Part shown: piece after piece, positions 28,526-42,499 of the stretch
Layout: each line of letters starts with the position of its first letter
How positions within the stretch are numbered: position 1 is the first letter of the stretch
DNA from: Eledone cirrhosa
Lineage: Eukaryota
NCBI GenBank assembly: GCA_964016885.1
Contig: OZ024747.1
Span: 75,640,001-75,704,000, forward strand
DNA length: 64,000 nt
Direction of reading: 5' to 3'
Made by a program: the position numbers and the translations under genes
The notes under the pieces: generated by a model
What the model was told of the DNA's origin: nothing
Databases searched by the model: none
The model's input: only the letters and a program-made list of their open reading frames with translations

Positions 28526-28843
28526 GATGTTGACTTGTTTTTCTTTTTGGTAAATATCATCTTGGTTAAGAGAGTGGGACTGGCTTTGTGCACTGCCTTT
28601 GCTCACTATAAAAGCTTCACGGCACAGGCATTGCTTTATATCTGGAGATCTCTCTGCACTTGTCGTCTCATAGTACCATGGACCCAGAACTATATGTCAA
28701 TAATTGTCACAAGTGTAGCGTTTGTACCAGAGTTTTCAAGTCGCTGGCTGGACTAAAAAATCATACTCGTAGGGGTTCGGTAGGGGTTCTCCTACATGGA
28801 TATAAAGTAGTGGCGGTACTCGAAAACGAGTTTACAGCCACCA
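28526..28843 (+). mobile_element. 5'-truncated copy of the RTE-type element
   Basis: Aligns to 26821-27140; encodes CSVCTRVFKSLAGLKNH; (TATG)n on both sides. Confidence 0.85.
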
Positions 28844-28917
28844 TGTATGTATGTATGTATGTATGTATGTATGTATGTATGTATGTATGTATGTATGTAT
28901 GTATGTATGTATGTATG

Positions 28918-29845
28918 TTCTTCTGGTTTTATAATTTCACAAATTTTTGCCAATAGAGAGAGAGTCGGTTTCTAACATAGACACAAGCCTCTCTCATTGG
29001 AATTTACACAATATCAGCTAGGTAGATATGTATATATGCATGCATGTGTAGATATGGATGTTATTGTATGTGTAGATGTGGATGTTTTGAGTTGTATGTG
29101 TTCATGTGTATATGCTTAGTATATGTACATGTGTATATGCAGTTATTAGATGTAAAATTTTTCGAATGTTTTACATATTTTTTACTGTTCCATTAATGGA
29201 TTGTACTTGTAATTTCCTAACTAGTTCTGTTCTTTCTGTTCCTGTGAAGCCCAGCTTCTCAAGATTTGTATTGAGGCAGTTACTAACATATCCCAGTGCC
29301 CCAATAATCACAGGCATAAATCTGAAGGTATAATCAGGGTGGAGTATCTGCATATTTCTTATCAGTTCTGCATAAATATTCTCCTTTTCGCTAATCTTTG
29401 ATATTATATTGGCACCTGCTGGACAGCTAACTTCCACTACTGTGCATGCCTTCTTTTGCCTGTCCCATATCATAATATCTGGTCTGTTATGCCTGCATTT
29501 TATTGGGCTTTTTACTGAAATATTCCGCCAGTACTCTTTCATATTATGTATATGTATGTCTTCCACATTGTTGTAGCTTTTAATGTGTTTATTATCGAGG
29601 CTATCTTTTCTACGGATTGCATTGTATAGTGTTTTAGCCACTACATCATGCCTCATAGGTAGATAGTACCGCGATGACATCTTTGGACGGCTGCTTATGA
29701 CATGAGTGACATCTTCGATGTTAATTCTGCAAAGTCTGCACTTGTTATCACATCTAGGTGTTTTGTGAATCAGGTATTTCGTGTTGATTTCCTGTTCTTG
29801 GATTGCAAAAGCGTATCCTTCAAAATGGGAGCCAATATAGCGGTT
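28918..29845 (-). mobile_element. 5'-truncated R4/Dong-like RLE non-LTR retrotransposon
   Basis: Minus ORF MSSRYYLPMRHD...CRHNRPDIMIWD...VVEVSCP...IIGALG aligns with the C-terminus of 48941-50785. (TACA)n on both sides of its sense strand. Confidence 0.9.
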
Positions 29846-29980
29846 GTATGTATGTATGTATGTATGTATGTATGTATGTATGTATGTATGTATGTATGTA
29901 TGTATGTATGTGTGTATGTATGTATGTATGTATGTATGTATGTATGTATGTATGTATTATGTGTGTGTGTATGTATGTGT

Positions 29981-30495
29981 GTTTCTTGGTGAGGAGGGTG
30001 ACTTTGGACATCCTGCAGGACTAAAAACAAAACCTGTCAAAGGGCAAAAGAGCTCTTAAGAGTCAATGGCCATCCAAAATCACCGGGAGTGATGACCCCT
30101 TAGCCTTTGTCAAGGCAGAATTCTAGGAGAAAGAAAATTCTGATATAACACCTGCAACTCTGATGGTATCCAATGATGTTGACTTGTTCTTCTTTTTGGT
30201 AAATATCATCTTGGTTAAGAGAGTGGGACTGGCTTTGTGCAGTGCCTTTTCTCACTATAAAAGCTTCACAGCACAGGCATTGCTTTATATCTGGAGATCT
30301 CTCTGCACCTGTCGTCACATGGTACCATGGGCCGAGTACTATGTGTCAATAATTGTCACAAATGTCGTGTTTGAACCAGAGTTTTCAAGTCGCTGGCTGG
30401 ACTAAAAAGTCACACTCGTTCAGCGCATCGGTAGGGGTTCTCCTACATGGATATAAAGTAGTGGCCGTACTCGAAAACGAGTTGGCAGCCATCAT
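29981..30495 (+). mobile_element. 5'-truncated copy of the RTE-type element
   Basis: Aligns to 26630-27140; preceded by (TATG)n, short TATG tail. Confidence 0.85.
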
Positions 30496-30628
30496 GTATG
30501 TATATAGTGAAGTGCCCGAAAAAACCAAGAATGAAAACAAGATAAGAAGCTGTCATAATTGTATTTGCGGGCGTTATTGTCTCCGACTGATTCTCTATAT
30601 TTATTAATAACTGTCTCACGTCTTTCCT

Positions 30629-30700
<72 letters not shown>

Positions 30701-30738
30701 CTCTCTATCCACTTTCTCTATTCATACACGCACGCACG

Positions 30739-30859
<121 letters not shown>

Positions 30860-30951
30860 TACTATACGGTTTTTAAAAAAAAGTTGTTTCCTACCCTTCC
30901 TCTTCTCATTCTCTTTCTTTCTATTTCATCTTTTATTTCTCACTCTATTTT

Positions 30952-30982
30952 CTGATGAAGGACTAGTGTCTGAAACTTTAAG
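30952..30982 (+). ncRNA. Hammerhead-like core, partial
   Basis: CTGATGA-AGGACTAGTGTCT-GAAAC. Stem I and the cleavage site are not convincingly conserved. Confidence 0.4.
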
Positions 30983-31075
30983 ACTCTTTTCCTACTATAT
31001 CAAGCATTAAACTAATGTTTCTTAATTGTACTGTCTCATTTGCTTTGCTTACTTTAATTTTCGCATATGTGAGTG

Positions 31076-31225
<150 letters not shown>

Positions 31226-31329
31226 CATACATGATTAAATACCGGAAATTCTCACCGATAATCAGAGGATAGGAGAGGTTCAATCAAACATATTGAACAC
31301 CCTCACAAGGATCAAGGTTCGTATATACT

Positions 31330-32390
31330 CCTATATATTTTAAATTTATTTGAAAAAGTTCAGTTGCAATCACAAATTATCAGAGAAATCAGTTATATTA
31401 GGACAATCCCAAAAGTGTTTACGAAGTAGATAGAAACATATATAGCCATAAGCTGAAAAAATAGCATAATTTGTAACGACAGAAGAGTCGAATGAAACAC
31501 CTGAAATAATATTAACAGAGGTGAAGCAATTAGCAACATTGCCTAAACATAAGGCCTTTATTATTATCAAGGATCGTAAAAGTACTTTCGCTTTTATGAC
31601 TAAGTGTAGAGTAGTAAACCCAGCCAAAACTGAAATTGGCATAGTTAGCAAAAACGCATTAAGGAAAATCAATGCCAATAATAGGCAGGCTACAACCCTG
31701 ATACAGTCGGGTGGTGATTGCAGTAATGATTAGCAATATCAATGATAAGAGAAACATCAAGTTTATCCAATGGAATATCGTGGACTTTTAGACTTCAATC
31801 TCCATAGACCTATTAAATGGTGCCCCGAATTACGCAGATAGAATTCAACCCATAGATAGCGAGAACCGTGAAATAATGATGCCTGCAAATAGAACGACTC
31901 TAGCAATAAAAAATAACACAAATGGGTACTCACAAGACAGATAAAGGAAATATATAATACAAACCGTTAACTCTTTCGGTTTAGAAATTTATAATGATAT
32001 TAATCTAACCACTGTAATATTTCTAGATAGATGTCAACCAAGAAATTTAGAGAATCATATTAAAGATTATCTTATATCAAAGTTGGTTCCTGCCTCACGT
32101 CATAGTTTTCAAAAGTTTAGACAAAACAAATAGGTAGAAGGATATCCAACCTCTCCCCAAGCAGAACAATCTTTGATAAAGAAGCCCCCTATTACAATGA
32201 TGTCGGAGAGGCAAGCGATTTTAAGGATAAAATTAACATCAATTTCAGCCTCAAAACACCAACGAGAAACCGATACCGACGTAGTTTGGTTCACATCATA
32301 TTTCTCGTTGAACGTCAAAAGAGATACCGACAGTACCTTATTAGCAATAATAACTGAGCATATCCCCATTAACCATATTCATAGTGGGTG
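31330..32390 (+). pseudogene. Decayed Penelope-like reverse transcriptase
   Basis: Fragments KAFIIIKDRK...KCRVVNPAKTEIGIVSK, FIQWNIVDF*TSISIDLL and DVVWFTSYFSLNVK resemble remembered PLE RT motifs (AFITLKDHK..CRLINPAKSEIG, FDIVDFYPSI, IIWFNPPFS.NV). Stops and frameshifts present. Confidence 0.75.
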
Positions 32391-32611
32391 GAAGGGAACT
32401 AACTATTTAAAATTGTTCATAACTGTATTAATTATTAGTCGATTTTCATAAAACATGTTTTATTTTAAATAGTATAATAGTAAAAGTATAGTACAGTGTT
32501 CAAAATCTACATAGGTAGCAGTGTTGTCCACCAGTGTTTGTAAACGTCTGGGTATATCCTTGACTGACTTCATCAGGGACTCAGGCTGTATGTTGGTCAG
32601 AATGTACTAAT

Positions 32612-32860
32612 AATTTTTGGTTTTGATCTATAAACTTCTTCTTTTACCCTGCCCCACAATAAATTATCACATGGCGTTAATTCAGGGCTTCTTGCCATTT
32701 ATGTCCACCTCGGCGACATAAAACCATTCATGGACAGTGCACGTTAAATGAGGAGAGCGCCTCACCTTGCATGAATATCAGGTCATTAATGCTGTTCCAA
32801 GTGGTGACAGGAAGCCAAAGATTATGACTAATTTTCGATATGGAGTTTCTTTCCACCCGC
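32612..32860 (-). pseudogene. Tc1/mariner transposase catalytic-domain fragment
   Basis: Minus strand ARSPELTPCDNLLWGRVKEEVYRSKPK (SPDLxPxD motif) with upstream DLIFMQ. Confidence 0.75.
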
Positions 32861-33104
32861 CCTGTATATAGAATGTCATTTAACATATACAATCACACTT
32901 TCAATTGTATGATTGTCTATAACCTCTGATTCTAAGACAACTGCCTTTGACAATCGCCCCAAGAAAATTTCCCCACATGACAACTACCAATTAATTTTCT
33001 ACATGACAATACTGAAATTGTGAGGTATATACTGTATGTTCAGGTTATGTGTAAGTTACAGTTGCGCTGTATATGGTGTGTTTTCAGGTGATGTTCTAAG
33101 TAGC

Positions 33105-33535
33105 AATTGTGGAGTAGTTTCACGTTGTGTTGTGGTTTGACGTGTGTTGTGGTTTGACGTTGTGTAGTGGTTTGACGTGTGTTGTGGTTTGACGTTGTGT
33201 AGTAGTTTGACGTTGTGTTGTGGTTTGACGTTGTGTAGTGGTTTGACGTTGTGTAGTGGTTTGATGTGTTGTGGTTTGACGTTGTGTTGTGATTTGACGT
33301 TGTGTAGTGGTTTGACGTTGTGTAGTGGTTTGACGTTGTGTTGTGGGATGACGTTGTGTTGTGGTTTGACGTTGTGTTGTGATTTGACGTTGTGTTGTAG
33401 TTTGACGTTGTGTTGTGGTTTGACGTTGTGTTGTGGTTTGACGTTGTGGTGTAATTTAACGTTATGTTGTAAGTTACAGTTGCCGTATAGTTTGACGTTG
33501 TGCTGTAGATTGTTGTTGTAGTATCGTTTGACATT
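33105..33535. repeat. 18-bp minisatellite (TTGACGTTGTGTTGTGGT)n
   Basis: About 20 imperfect units are visible. Confidence 0.92.
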
Positions 33536-34114
33536 GTATTGTAGGTAGTTATTGTTGTTGTTATTATGTAGATTGAGTTAGTTTAAGTTGCGGTCTAGTA
33601 GGAGTAGATCAGGGAAGCTGTTATTGAATCGATGAAACTTCTAGAGTTCAGTGGTTAGGGGTAAACACTTCTCCACGGGAACAGTCGATGTGGTCAATTC
33701 TCCAGAGGAACAGTCGATAGATGCGGTCAGTTATTTGAGACAGTTGTCTCCTATAAACATCAGTCCTAAAGGATAATTACCAGAGGTAATTTATTCCAGG
33801 TTATCGTCTGAATACGATGAATTTTGCAGAGTACGGTAATTGCGATAATTGATCTAAGCCGTCAATAAATAGCTCTTAGTTGGTTCGAATTTATCAGCTG
33901 TAATGATCCTTAGATTTCAACTTTAATCGAGTCAAGTTGGCTACTGTGAAGCACGTTGATTTGGCGTCTAATTAAAGTGATTAGCACAACTTGGCAACTA
34001 TATTCCATTATGCTTGGCATTGTGCTTTCTGAGGGTATTTCCTTCATTTATATCTAATTTGTTAGAAGAGTTGCTTCTGGATGTGCTGGAGATAAATGTG
34101 AGCCGTTATATCTT

Positions 34115-34400
34115 GATAATGATAACGATAAATAACAGTAATGATAAATAACAGTAAGGATAAATAACAGTAATGATAAATAGCAGTAATGATAATTAAT
34201 GGTGAGGATATATAATGGTAAGGATATGTAATGGTAAGGATATATAATGGTAAGGATATGTAATGGTAAGGATATATAATGGTGAGGATATATAATGGTG
34301 AGGATATGTAGTGGTAAGGATATATAATGATGAGGATATATAACGGTAAGGATATGTAATGGTAAGGATATATAATGGTAAGGATATATAATGGTAAGGA
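34115..34400. repeat. Two abutting 16-bp minisatellites
   Basis: (GATAAATAACAGTAAT)n grading into (AATGGTAAGGATATAT)n. Confidence 0.9.
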
Positions 34401-34542
34401 TAATAAGTTAGACTAGGAAGAATAATTGTCATAGGCTTTTCAGACACAAACTGCCTTGTAGTGTTACGAGTGATACCAAATCAATTTCTGGAGGAAGAAT
34501 AGTGGGATCGTGAGATGATGATGGAGCTGGTGTGTTGTTCGC

Positions 34543-34577
<35 letters not shown>

Positions 34578-34579
<2 letters not shown>

Positions 34580-34746
34580 GTATTTCCCGGGGCCGAGGAC
34601 GCTTCGTCCACGAGGGCGCACCCTAATTATGGCAACCAAAAATTTGAAAAAAAAATAATAAACAACCTTCGGCCTCCAGGACGTATGGTAGATTTTTTAG
34701 ACTTATTTTAGTAAAAAAGTAGCGTCTTCGGTGCCTAGAAATACGG
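34578..34746. mobile_element. Tc2/pogo-like MITE
   Basis: TA|CCGTATTTC...GAAATACGG|TA termini with subterminal GACGCT/AGCGTC symmetry. Confidence 0.75.
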
Positions 34747-34770
34747 TATATATATACTGTATATATATTT

Positions 34771-34841
<71 letters not shown>

Positions 34842-35161
34842 TTCTTTTTCTCATTAATTAGATACAGATTTTATGCCGAGGAAAGAAATATTCATGAAAT
34901 ACTAGGTAGAAATATATCAAAACCATGTTTTCAATTCTTTTACTTGTTCTGCAATACTTCATTATAAGATCGATAGTAAGAATTAATGATGTGTAAACCC
35001 GTTTGTAGTTGAGAAATTGTCTCTTCTCCCTGCCAAATTATTCTTACCTAAATAACGAACTTACAACCACACAAAGAAGCCTATATTAACTATACCTTAT
35101 ATTATTACATACTTCTAATTAATTTTTCTTTTCTCTCTTATTGGTTTGTATTTTACCGTAG

Positions 35162-35223
<62 letters not shown>

Positions 35224-35491
35224 GTATGTATATATATGTGTGTGTGTATATATGTGTGTGTATATATTATATATATGTGTGTGTGTGTGTGTTAAAGGAA
35301 GGTAAGTATCAAGAGATCGTCGGGCAACTCTGGTGGGGCAGTGTGTGATATTGTTGTCCCCTTGAATTACAATAAACCATGCGACATATATTCTAAACAG
35401 TTTCAATTAGCCCGTGATTGTAAAAGCGACCTTCCTAACTACACACACACATACACTTGTGCGCACTCACACACATACTCAGTCTCTCTCT

Positions 35492-35524
<33 letters not shown>

Positions 35525-35950
35525 GCATATATTGATATAGGTGTAATTAATTAAATAAAAACAACATCTGTCTTGTGTGTACCTGAGAGCAGTGATGTGT
35601 GTTAGGGTGTATCGGGTGTATAGCTATATAGCGATAATAGGGAAATAAAGCTACTAATATGTAGTGGAGTGAATATATATAAACTAGCACACCCTTATAT
35701 ATATATATACACTGGCGGACTAGGTCTAAAAATATTGGTTGCCAGATGAAGGGGCCCACCTACATATAGAATGATATCATTTAATTTTTATAATGAATAA
35801 ATAACATTTTCGAAAAATATGTAAGTGGAAACAAAACAGTGCAATCATATTTTTGCGGAAACATATCTTACCTTCTCTAATAAAAAATATTATGCATTTT
35901 GCGAAATACAGAGACTTTCAATAATGACCAGAAGTCGACCCCAAATAGCT

Positions 35951-36303
35951 CAAGGAAAGCTATGAACGACACCACATATTTTTAACTTTGATTTTGAAAG
36001 TAGGTTTATAATTATCAATTTTCATTATACTTTTGTAGCTGTCTCGGTGGTCTAGTTGGTGGAATCATAGAGGGTGGTGATCCTGGTCGGGAGTAAGGTT
36101 CCCGGTAAACCTTTGTAGTTTTCAAAAACGGAAAAAGAATACATGCACCTCTCGACCAGGATTGAACCCAAGGCCAGGATCTCCACCGTCTCTTGTACCT
36201 ACCACTAGGCCACAGAGACAACTACGAACATTTTATGAAAATTCATACTTATAAACCTACTTTCAAAATGTTCAAAATGTGCTGTGGTTCATGCCTTTCT
36301 TAA
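35951..36303. mobile_element. Inverted-repeat element whose arms end in convergent tRNA-like segments
   Basis: ~35951-36060 is an imperfect reverse complement of ~36195-36303. Minus strand has GTGGCCTAGTGG...GGTTCAATCC. Confidence 0.6.
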
Positions 36304-36396
36304 TGTTGTTACTCCTACTTAAGGTCGACGTATATATATATGTGATATGTGAATTCTCTCTTTCTATCTACACCCCCCCCCCACGCGCGCGCGCGC

Positions 36397-36455
<59 letters not shown>

Positions 36456-36532
36456 TATATATATATCACAAAGAATCAAACATCTCAAACAATCAGCCAT
36501 TTTGTGCCCACTTTGATTAGCTATGTTGATTT

Positions 36533-36731
36533 CTAATTTAGGTCCAAGCGCAGCAACTTTGGGGGAAGGGTAAGTTGATGAAATAACCCCCACTACTTGA
36601 CTGGTTCTTTATTTTAGTCACCCCGAAAAGACGAAAGGTAAGTTGACCTCGGTGAGATTTGAATTCAGAATGTAAAGAGCTAGAAGACATACTTCAATGT
36701 CATGTTATCCAACGTTCTACCAATTCTGCCA
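36533..36731 (-). mobile_element. SINE family A, degenerate
   Basis: Reverse-complement core CTGGTTCTTTATTTTAGTCACCCCGAAAAGACGAAAGG and head AATTCTGCCAA. Confidence 0.6.
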
Positions 36732-37172
36732 ATACAAAACTTTTATTTTGATTAGTTATATTGAAGCTTATACTCATAAAAATATTTTATAAGAATGTAC
36801 AGCTTTCAGAAGAGCATATATGTGGCAATGTCATTACTTTATTAGTGTGAGATGTAATATATAGTATTAAAACCGAATTGTACAAGTGTTATTCGGATCC
36901 GAGTGATCATGCTTTTTGAATCCAGTACAATTGATGATACGCCAAGGATATCTTCGTTGATTTCATTTTATAGAATACAACGTGTTTATAAGGAATAGAT
37001 GAAGTATATCCAGGACTCAATTACCAATAGAATGGCTACGCAATAAAACCTTTCCAGGTGTTATGATGTGAACCAACACTAGCTTTAATATCATATAATA
37101 CAACCATCAGGCTTTTATTGTATCCTACATATTGGCAATAAAAAATAGTGATGCATTTACTATGTTAGTACG

Positions 37173-37251
<79 letters not shown>

Positions 37252-37272
37252 ATGCATATGTGAATATATGTA

Positions 37273-37329
<57 letters not shown>

Positions 37330-37334
<5 letters not shown>

Positions 37335-37581
37335 AAATTGAGGTTGGTAATGGCACATGGAATATATAAGAGACAGAATACTTTTTTGTGAGAAAACATA
37401 ATTTTATAAGGTAAGGAAATAATAAAGGGTATAAAAAATGACCGGTTTCGATGGGTCTGCAAAAGCCATCTAAGATGGCTTTTGCAGATTATTATATTCC
37501 TTATACCCTTTATTATATTCCATGTGCCATTACCAACCTCAATTTTCTCTATAACCTTCGTTTTGTGTAGAAAATTACACT

Positions 37582-37585
<4 letters not shown>
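37330..37585. mobile_element. (TA)n-embedded fold-back island with a partial hammerhead
   Basis: 37330-37368 is inverted to 37514-37551, with a central palindrome TCTGCAAAAGCCATCT-A-AGATGGCTTTTGCAGA. Minus strand has CCATC-GAAA-CCGG-TC. Confidence 0.65.
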
Positions 37586-37671
<86 letters not shown>

Positions 37672-37674
37672 ATG

Positions 37675-37726
<52 letters not shown>

Positions 37727-37842
37727 CGGCCTGCCCGCCCAGCCAGTGGGATGGCGTTATCTTATGGCTAAAACAGCACGACGTGCTGTGACCAGCGGCG
37801 CTGAATGGACGGCCGACAGACTGGTCGGTCAAGGTGATCAAG

Positions 37843-37896
<54 letters not shown>

Positions 37897-37996
37897 AGTG
37901 AGTTGAAGTTTGCTTTAAGCATTGTGGAATAATAAATTTGGTTGTTTTGGAAGCCTCAACAATGCAGATGGGTAAATATCCGGGTAACAGAATCAG

Positions 37997-38070
<74 letters not shown>

Positions 38071-39396
38071 TAAAAGGAATTGTAGAATGAGACATATAGG
38101 GTGTAGAGGCACGTAAGGAATATAAGTAAAAATATATTGATTAAAATTATTAAATATATCTCCATTGAGAAATGATGTTAAATAAACCAGGTATATAAAT
38201 AAATCAATAGATTACTCATCTCTGCAGTTTCCTGTAGTCTAACGACGCTTAGCATATGACCGTCGCACCTTACAGCTAGCGAGCCAATCACATTAAAATA
38301 TCTTCACCTTATGGTTATCAACCACGTACCTTTATTGTCAGCTGATTACACTCTCCTTTTGAAGGTATAAAAGTAATTGAATGCACGAGTCTATCAGTAA
38401 GATTAATCGTACGCTGGTTACATTACATATTTTAACGTTCTGTTTACTACGTCATTCAACGATAAAGATAGTTTTATGCATGGCTGATGTTCTGCCTTTG
38501 GTAGCAGAGGCAACATATACTAATATATCATACTAACGTATTATACTAACGTATTATACTAATGTATAATACTAACGTATGATACTAATATACTATACTA
38601 AAAGTACTCGCAGTTAAAGAATGTAAACAGCTTAATATGTATATGGTCACCTGTATAAATTTAATTTATTAAATAAGTCTGTTTTCCATTTCTATTTCGA
38701 AAGTTAAACTATATTTACATCCATTTCTAATGTTATTTTAATAATTAAAGACTCTCAACTCTCAATATAATTCTAGTTGAAAAAATGAATATCTTTTAAC
38801 CATTTTAATATCGAGCCGTTCATATTCTCTAACTGCGCCTGGTTTTAGTATATATGTTGTATGTATATATATTATGCAGATATGTACAGCCATTTTTGCC
38901 TACCCTTTGTTGAACAATTATCACCACATACCTTCTCTTTTCCTAAATCTACAGAATATTTACGTCTGGCTAAACTTACTCAGTGAATATGTTTTGCTGA
39001 GGAGATATAATAAACTAGGAACATAAGTGTTATTTTCATCAAAGTGTGTTATAACCAAGATCTACTCCAACTGCAGTTTCTTAAGTTGTTCTGAATCTCT
39101 AGGATTAGTCACCTAAACACCTCTGAACGAAGTTTGGATTTTGAAATATTTTCGGTTGATTAGAGGATTTTGCACTTATCGTATACAGACTCCCCCCTCT
39201 CACTCACACGCACACACACATATATAGAACGGAGGACATATATATATATGTCCTTCGTTCTATCACCTCTATATTTAGGTCACTTTAATAAAATTATTTA
39301 GATCAAGCAAACTTGACTTTCCAACATATTTCATTTTATCTTATTCAAATTTGATGGTTTTCTATTGGTATATATAACGTAGCGACAATATGTCTC

Positions 39397-39433
<37 letters not shown>

Positions 39434-39526
39434 GTATATATATATAAATATATGTATATAAATATATGTATATAAATATATGTATATAAATATATATATA
39501 TATACGTATATATAAATATAAATGTG

Positions 39527-39560
<34 letters not shown>

Positions 39561-40648
39561 CGTGTACGTGTGTGTTTTTGTATGAGTATATATACTCACA
39601 ATATAAAAACTTTCCTAATTTTATTCGTAATCTAATTTCCGGCGTTGCTAAACAACAAGGATATCAATTTCACTCTATCATTACTATTTAATACACTCTT
39701 ACAATAAGCGAGTAAATTTCACCTGTGTTAAAGGAGGAAACGAACCAATGAGGGGTCTCTATGTAATCACTATCTAGCTAGAAGTTGTGCATGAAACTCT
39801 CTCTTATATGAAACCCTACCGGTCATAGGGCAGTCTTCTCCAAGAAATACTACTATTTTCAAATAAATACCGTCTTGGCCATGGTTAAAATAACTCCTAG
39901 TTTTGCTCGATTTCGGCCAACTTGGGACTAAACAAGACGAAGATTAAGAAATAGAAAGAGAAAAAAAAAAGACATCAACAGCATCAACAAGAAGATGAGA
40001 AACTGAAACAAACAAACAAACATAAACAAAACAAAATAGATCTTTGATTCCAATAGCTTCCTGTGTTTCAGCTGCTTCCGTTGCTCAGATCAAATTTACT
40101 CACACAACTTTCGTTTTTATAGCAAGCCATATCGTCTTACTAAAAACAACACATGGTAGAATTAGTATTCAGAACAGGTGCCAGTTTCGACCGTCTCTTT
40201 AGGAGCTGATCCAATTATTCTTGACAGTTGCTACAGTCAGAGAGTTGAGTTTATGAGCCACCAGTTTGAAAACTCTTATCACTTTCCTCTCTTCGTTTTC
40301 ATCCTATATCCCATCACCTCTATATTTGGGTCAATTAAGTAAAATTATTTAGTTCAAGTAAACTTATAGCGTTTCCTATTTATTTTATTTTATCTTATCT
40401 TGTTATTCATCTTTGTTGTTGTTTATTGGGATATGTATCGGAGCCAAAATCTGTCTTCTTATAATACCATCTTCAATTTCCTGCAACGGGAGCCGATGGC
40501 GTGCGAGGAAGTGAAGTTTATAAAACAAACATAGAAAAGTATATATAATATGAATTAACTGCTCAGAATTTCAACGTCACGTGATATTAGACATAATAAA
40601 CATCGAATCGAGAGAGAAAATTGGCATACTGATGGCCTACATACGATG

Positions 40649-40730
40649 TACAAGGGTCGACTGAAACGTTCATAGGCTGACCAAGATACTCTCAGGGAAT
40701 GACCAAATGAGGTTTATTTTTCAACATAGT
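40649..40730. mobile_element. Mariner-type MITE end fragment
   Basis: TACAAGGGTCGACTGAAACGTTCATAGGCTGACCAAGATACTCTC is the reverse complement of the right end of 53184-53486. Confidence 0.65.
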
Positions 40731-40799
40731 ATTTGTAAACTCATTTTGTGTCTTTTTCTGTCAACAACTAAACCCTTTAGATGAAGAGAGATCGCTTTA

Positions 40800-41030
40800 A
40801 TATCCCAAATCCCAAATCCTAAATCCATGGCTTTCTCATTCCTATTAGAGGAACCCCTACCTTGGTTGACTTCCACCGCTTCCTATCTCTCGCTATATCG
40901 GGCCATGTAAGACCGAGGTATCGGTTCAGATCATCGCACCATCTGGCTGCGGGCCGTTCTATGGCCCTTGGCATCCCTCTTGGCGGCCCTCTGATCCTTG
41001 ACCACCTTCTGGCTCTTTTCCACTGCATTG
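40800..41030 (-). mobile_element. 3' end of an RTE-clade LINE
   Basis: RPAARWCDDLNRYLGLTWPDIARDRKRWK is a typical RTE ORF C-terminus; short GGATTTG-type tandem tail. Confidence 0.7.
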
Positions 41031-41469
41031 CTGTCCATTGCTTTGCTGTCCACTGTGCTTAAATATATACCAACTATAATAAGTATTTTTTGTTTGTATT
41101 ACTGACTAGAAATCCTTAAAGGCATTGCCGCAGAATGGCCACAGTCCATTGCCTGAAAAATATCATAAACTTATAGCTTAGGAAATTATTAAAAATACCA
41201 AACCAATCTGGTTTTTTTTCCACATAATACCAACAGAGTTGATATGTCATTTTATTCACTAGAAATTTCTCGCAGAAGATTACAAGCAATTCTTCAGATC
41301 ATTCTGAAGTGTTTGAAATATTCTTCAACTGGTGTATTAAATGTATTTCTGTCGTGTTGAATAAACATGCTGAGTAAGCCCAAAATAATAAGATAAAGTA
41401 AAATAACAATAATGTTTACTGCTTACATAATAGACATGCAACTCTTTACCTATAGACATACACATGCAA

Positions 41470-41885
41470 CTCTTTATCTATAGACACACACATGTATACA
41501 CATAACCCTACAAATACGTAAACACTTACATAGCAGTATACATATAGACACACACATGTATATACACATAACCCTACAAATACGTAAACACTTACATAGC
41601 AGTATACATATAGACACACACATGTATATTCACATAACCCTACAAATACGTAAACACTTACATAGCAGTATACATATAGACACACACATGTACACACATA
41701 ACCCTACAAATACGTAAACACATACATAGCAGTATACATATAGACACACACATGTATATACACATAACCCGAACAAATACGTAAACACTTACATAGCAGT
41801 ATACATATAGACACACACATGTATATTCACATAACCCTACAAATACGTAAACACTTACATAGCAGTATACATATAGACACACACA
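41470..41885. repeat. 66-bp minisatellite, ~6 copies
   Basis: CATAACCCTACAAATACGTAAACACTTACATAGCAG... starting near 41501, 41567, 41633, 41697, 41763 and 41830. Confidence 0.92.
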
Positions 41886-42355
41886 AATGTACACACAAAA
41901 CAACACTGAAAACACATATACGCACACACATACACGTACCAACGTACCAAACACACAAGCAAACACACTGAATGCACAACATACACACACACATATGCAC
42001 ACACACACGCACGTACATCATACAGTCAAGGCACAAAACACACACATATTTGCACACACATACACACTCAAGACAAAACACATACACATACAAACCACAC
42101 AAGAACACACACTTAAGACACAACACAGACACACACAAGCACACATATTCCAGACACAACACACACACACACATACACACACACACACACACACAAGCAC
42201 ACACACACCATACGTATACAAGCTTTATGTACACATGTGATGCATACTTCTAGAAATTGGCAAAACTTTGTATATTTAAGTATATATGTGACTGCTTGTA
42301 CAATATATAATGTACATATCTTTCTCTCCTCTCTATCTCTCTCTCTATCTCTCTT

Positions 42356-42404
<49 letters not shown>

Positions 42405-42459
42405 ATCACTTTATCTCTCTCTATCTATCAACACATACACGTTGATATAGGCATGTATA

Positions 42460-42499
<40 letters not shown>

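Noticed and set aside
33040-33534. Mucin-like TTSNHN ORF
   Set aside because: The 18-bp repeat is open on both strands and contains 17-bp frameshifting units; there is no signal peptide or clear splice support.
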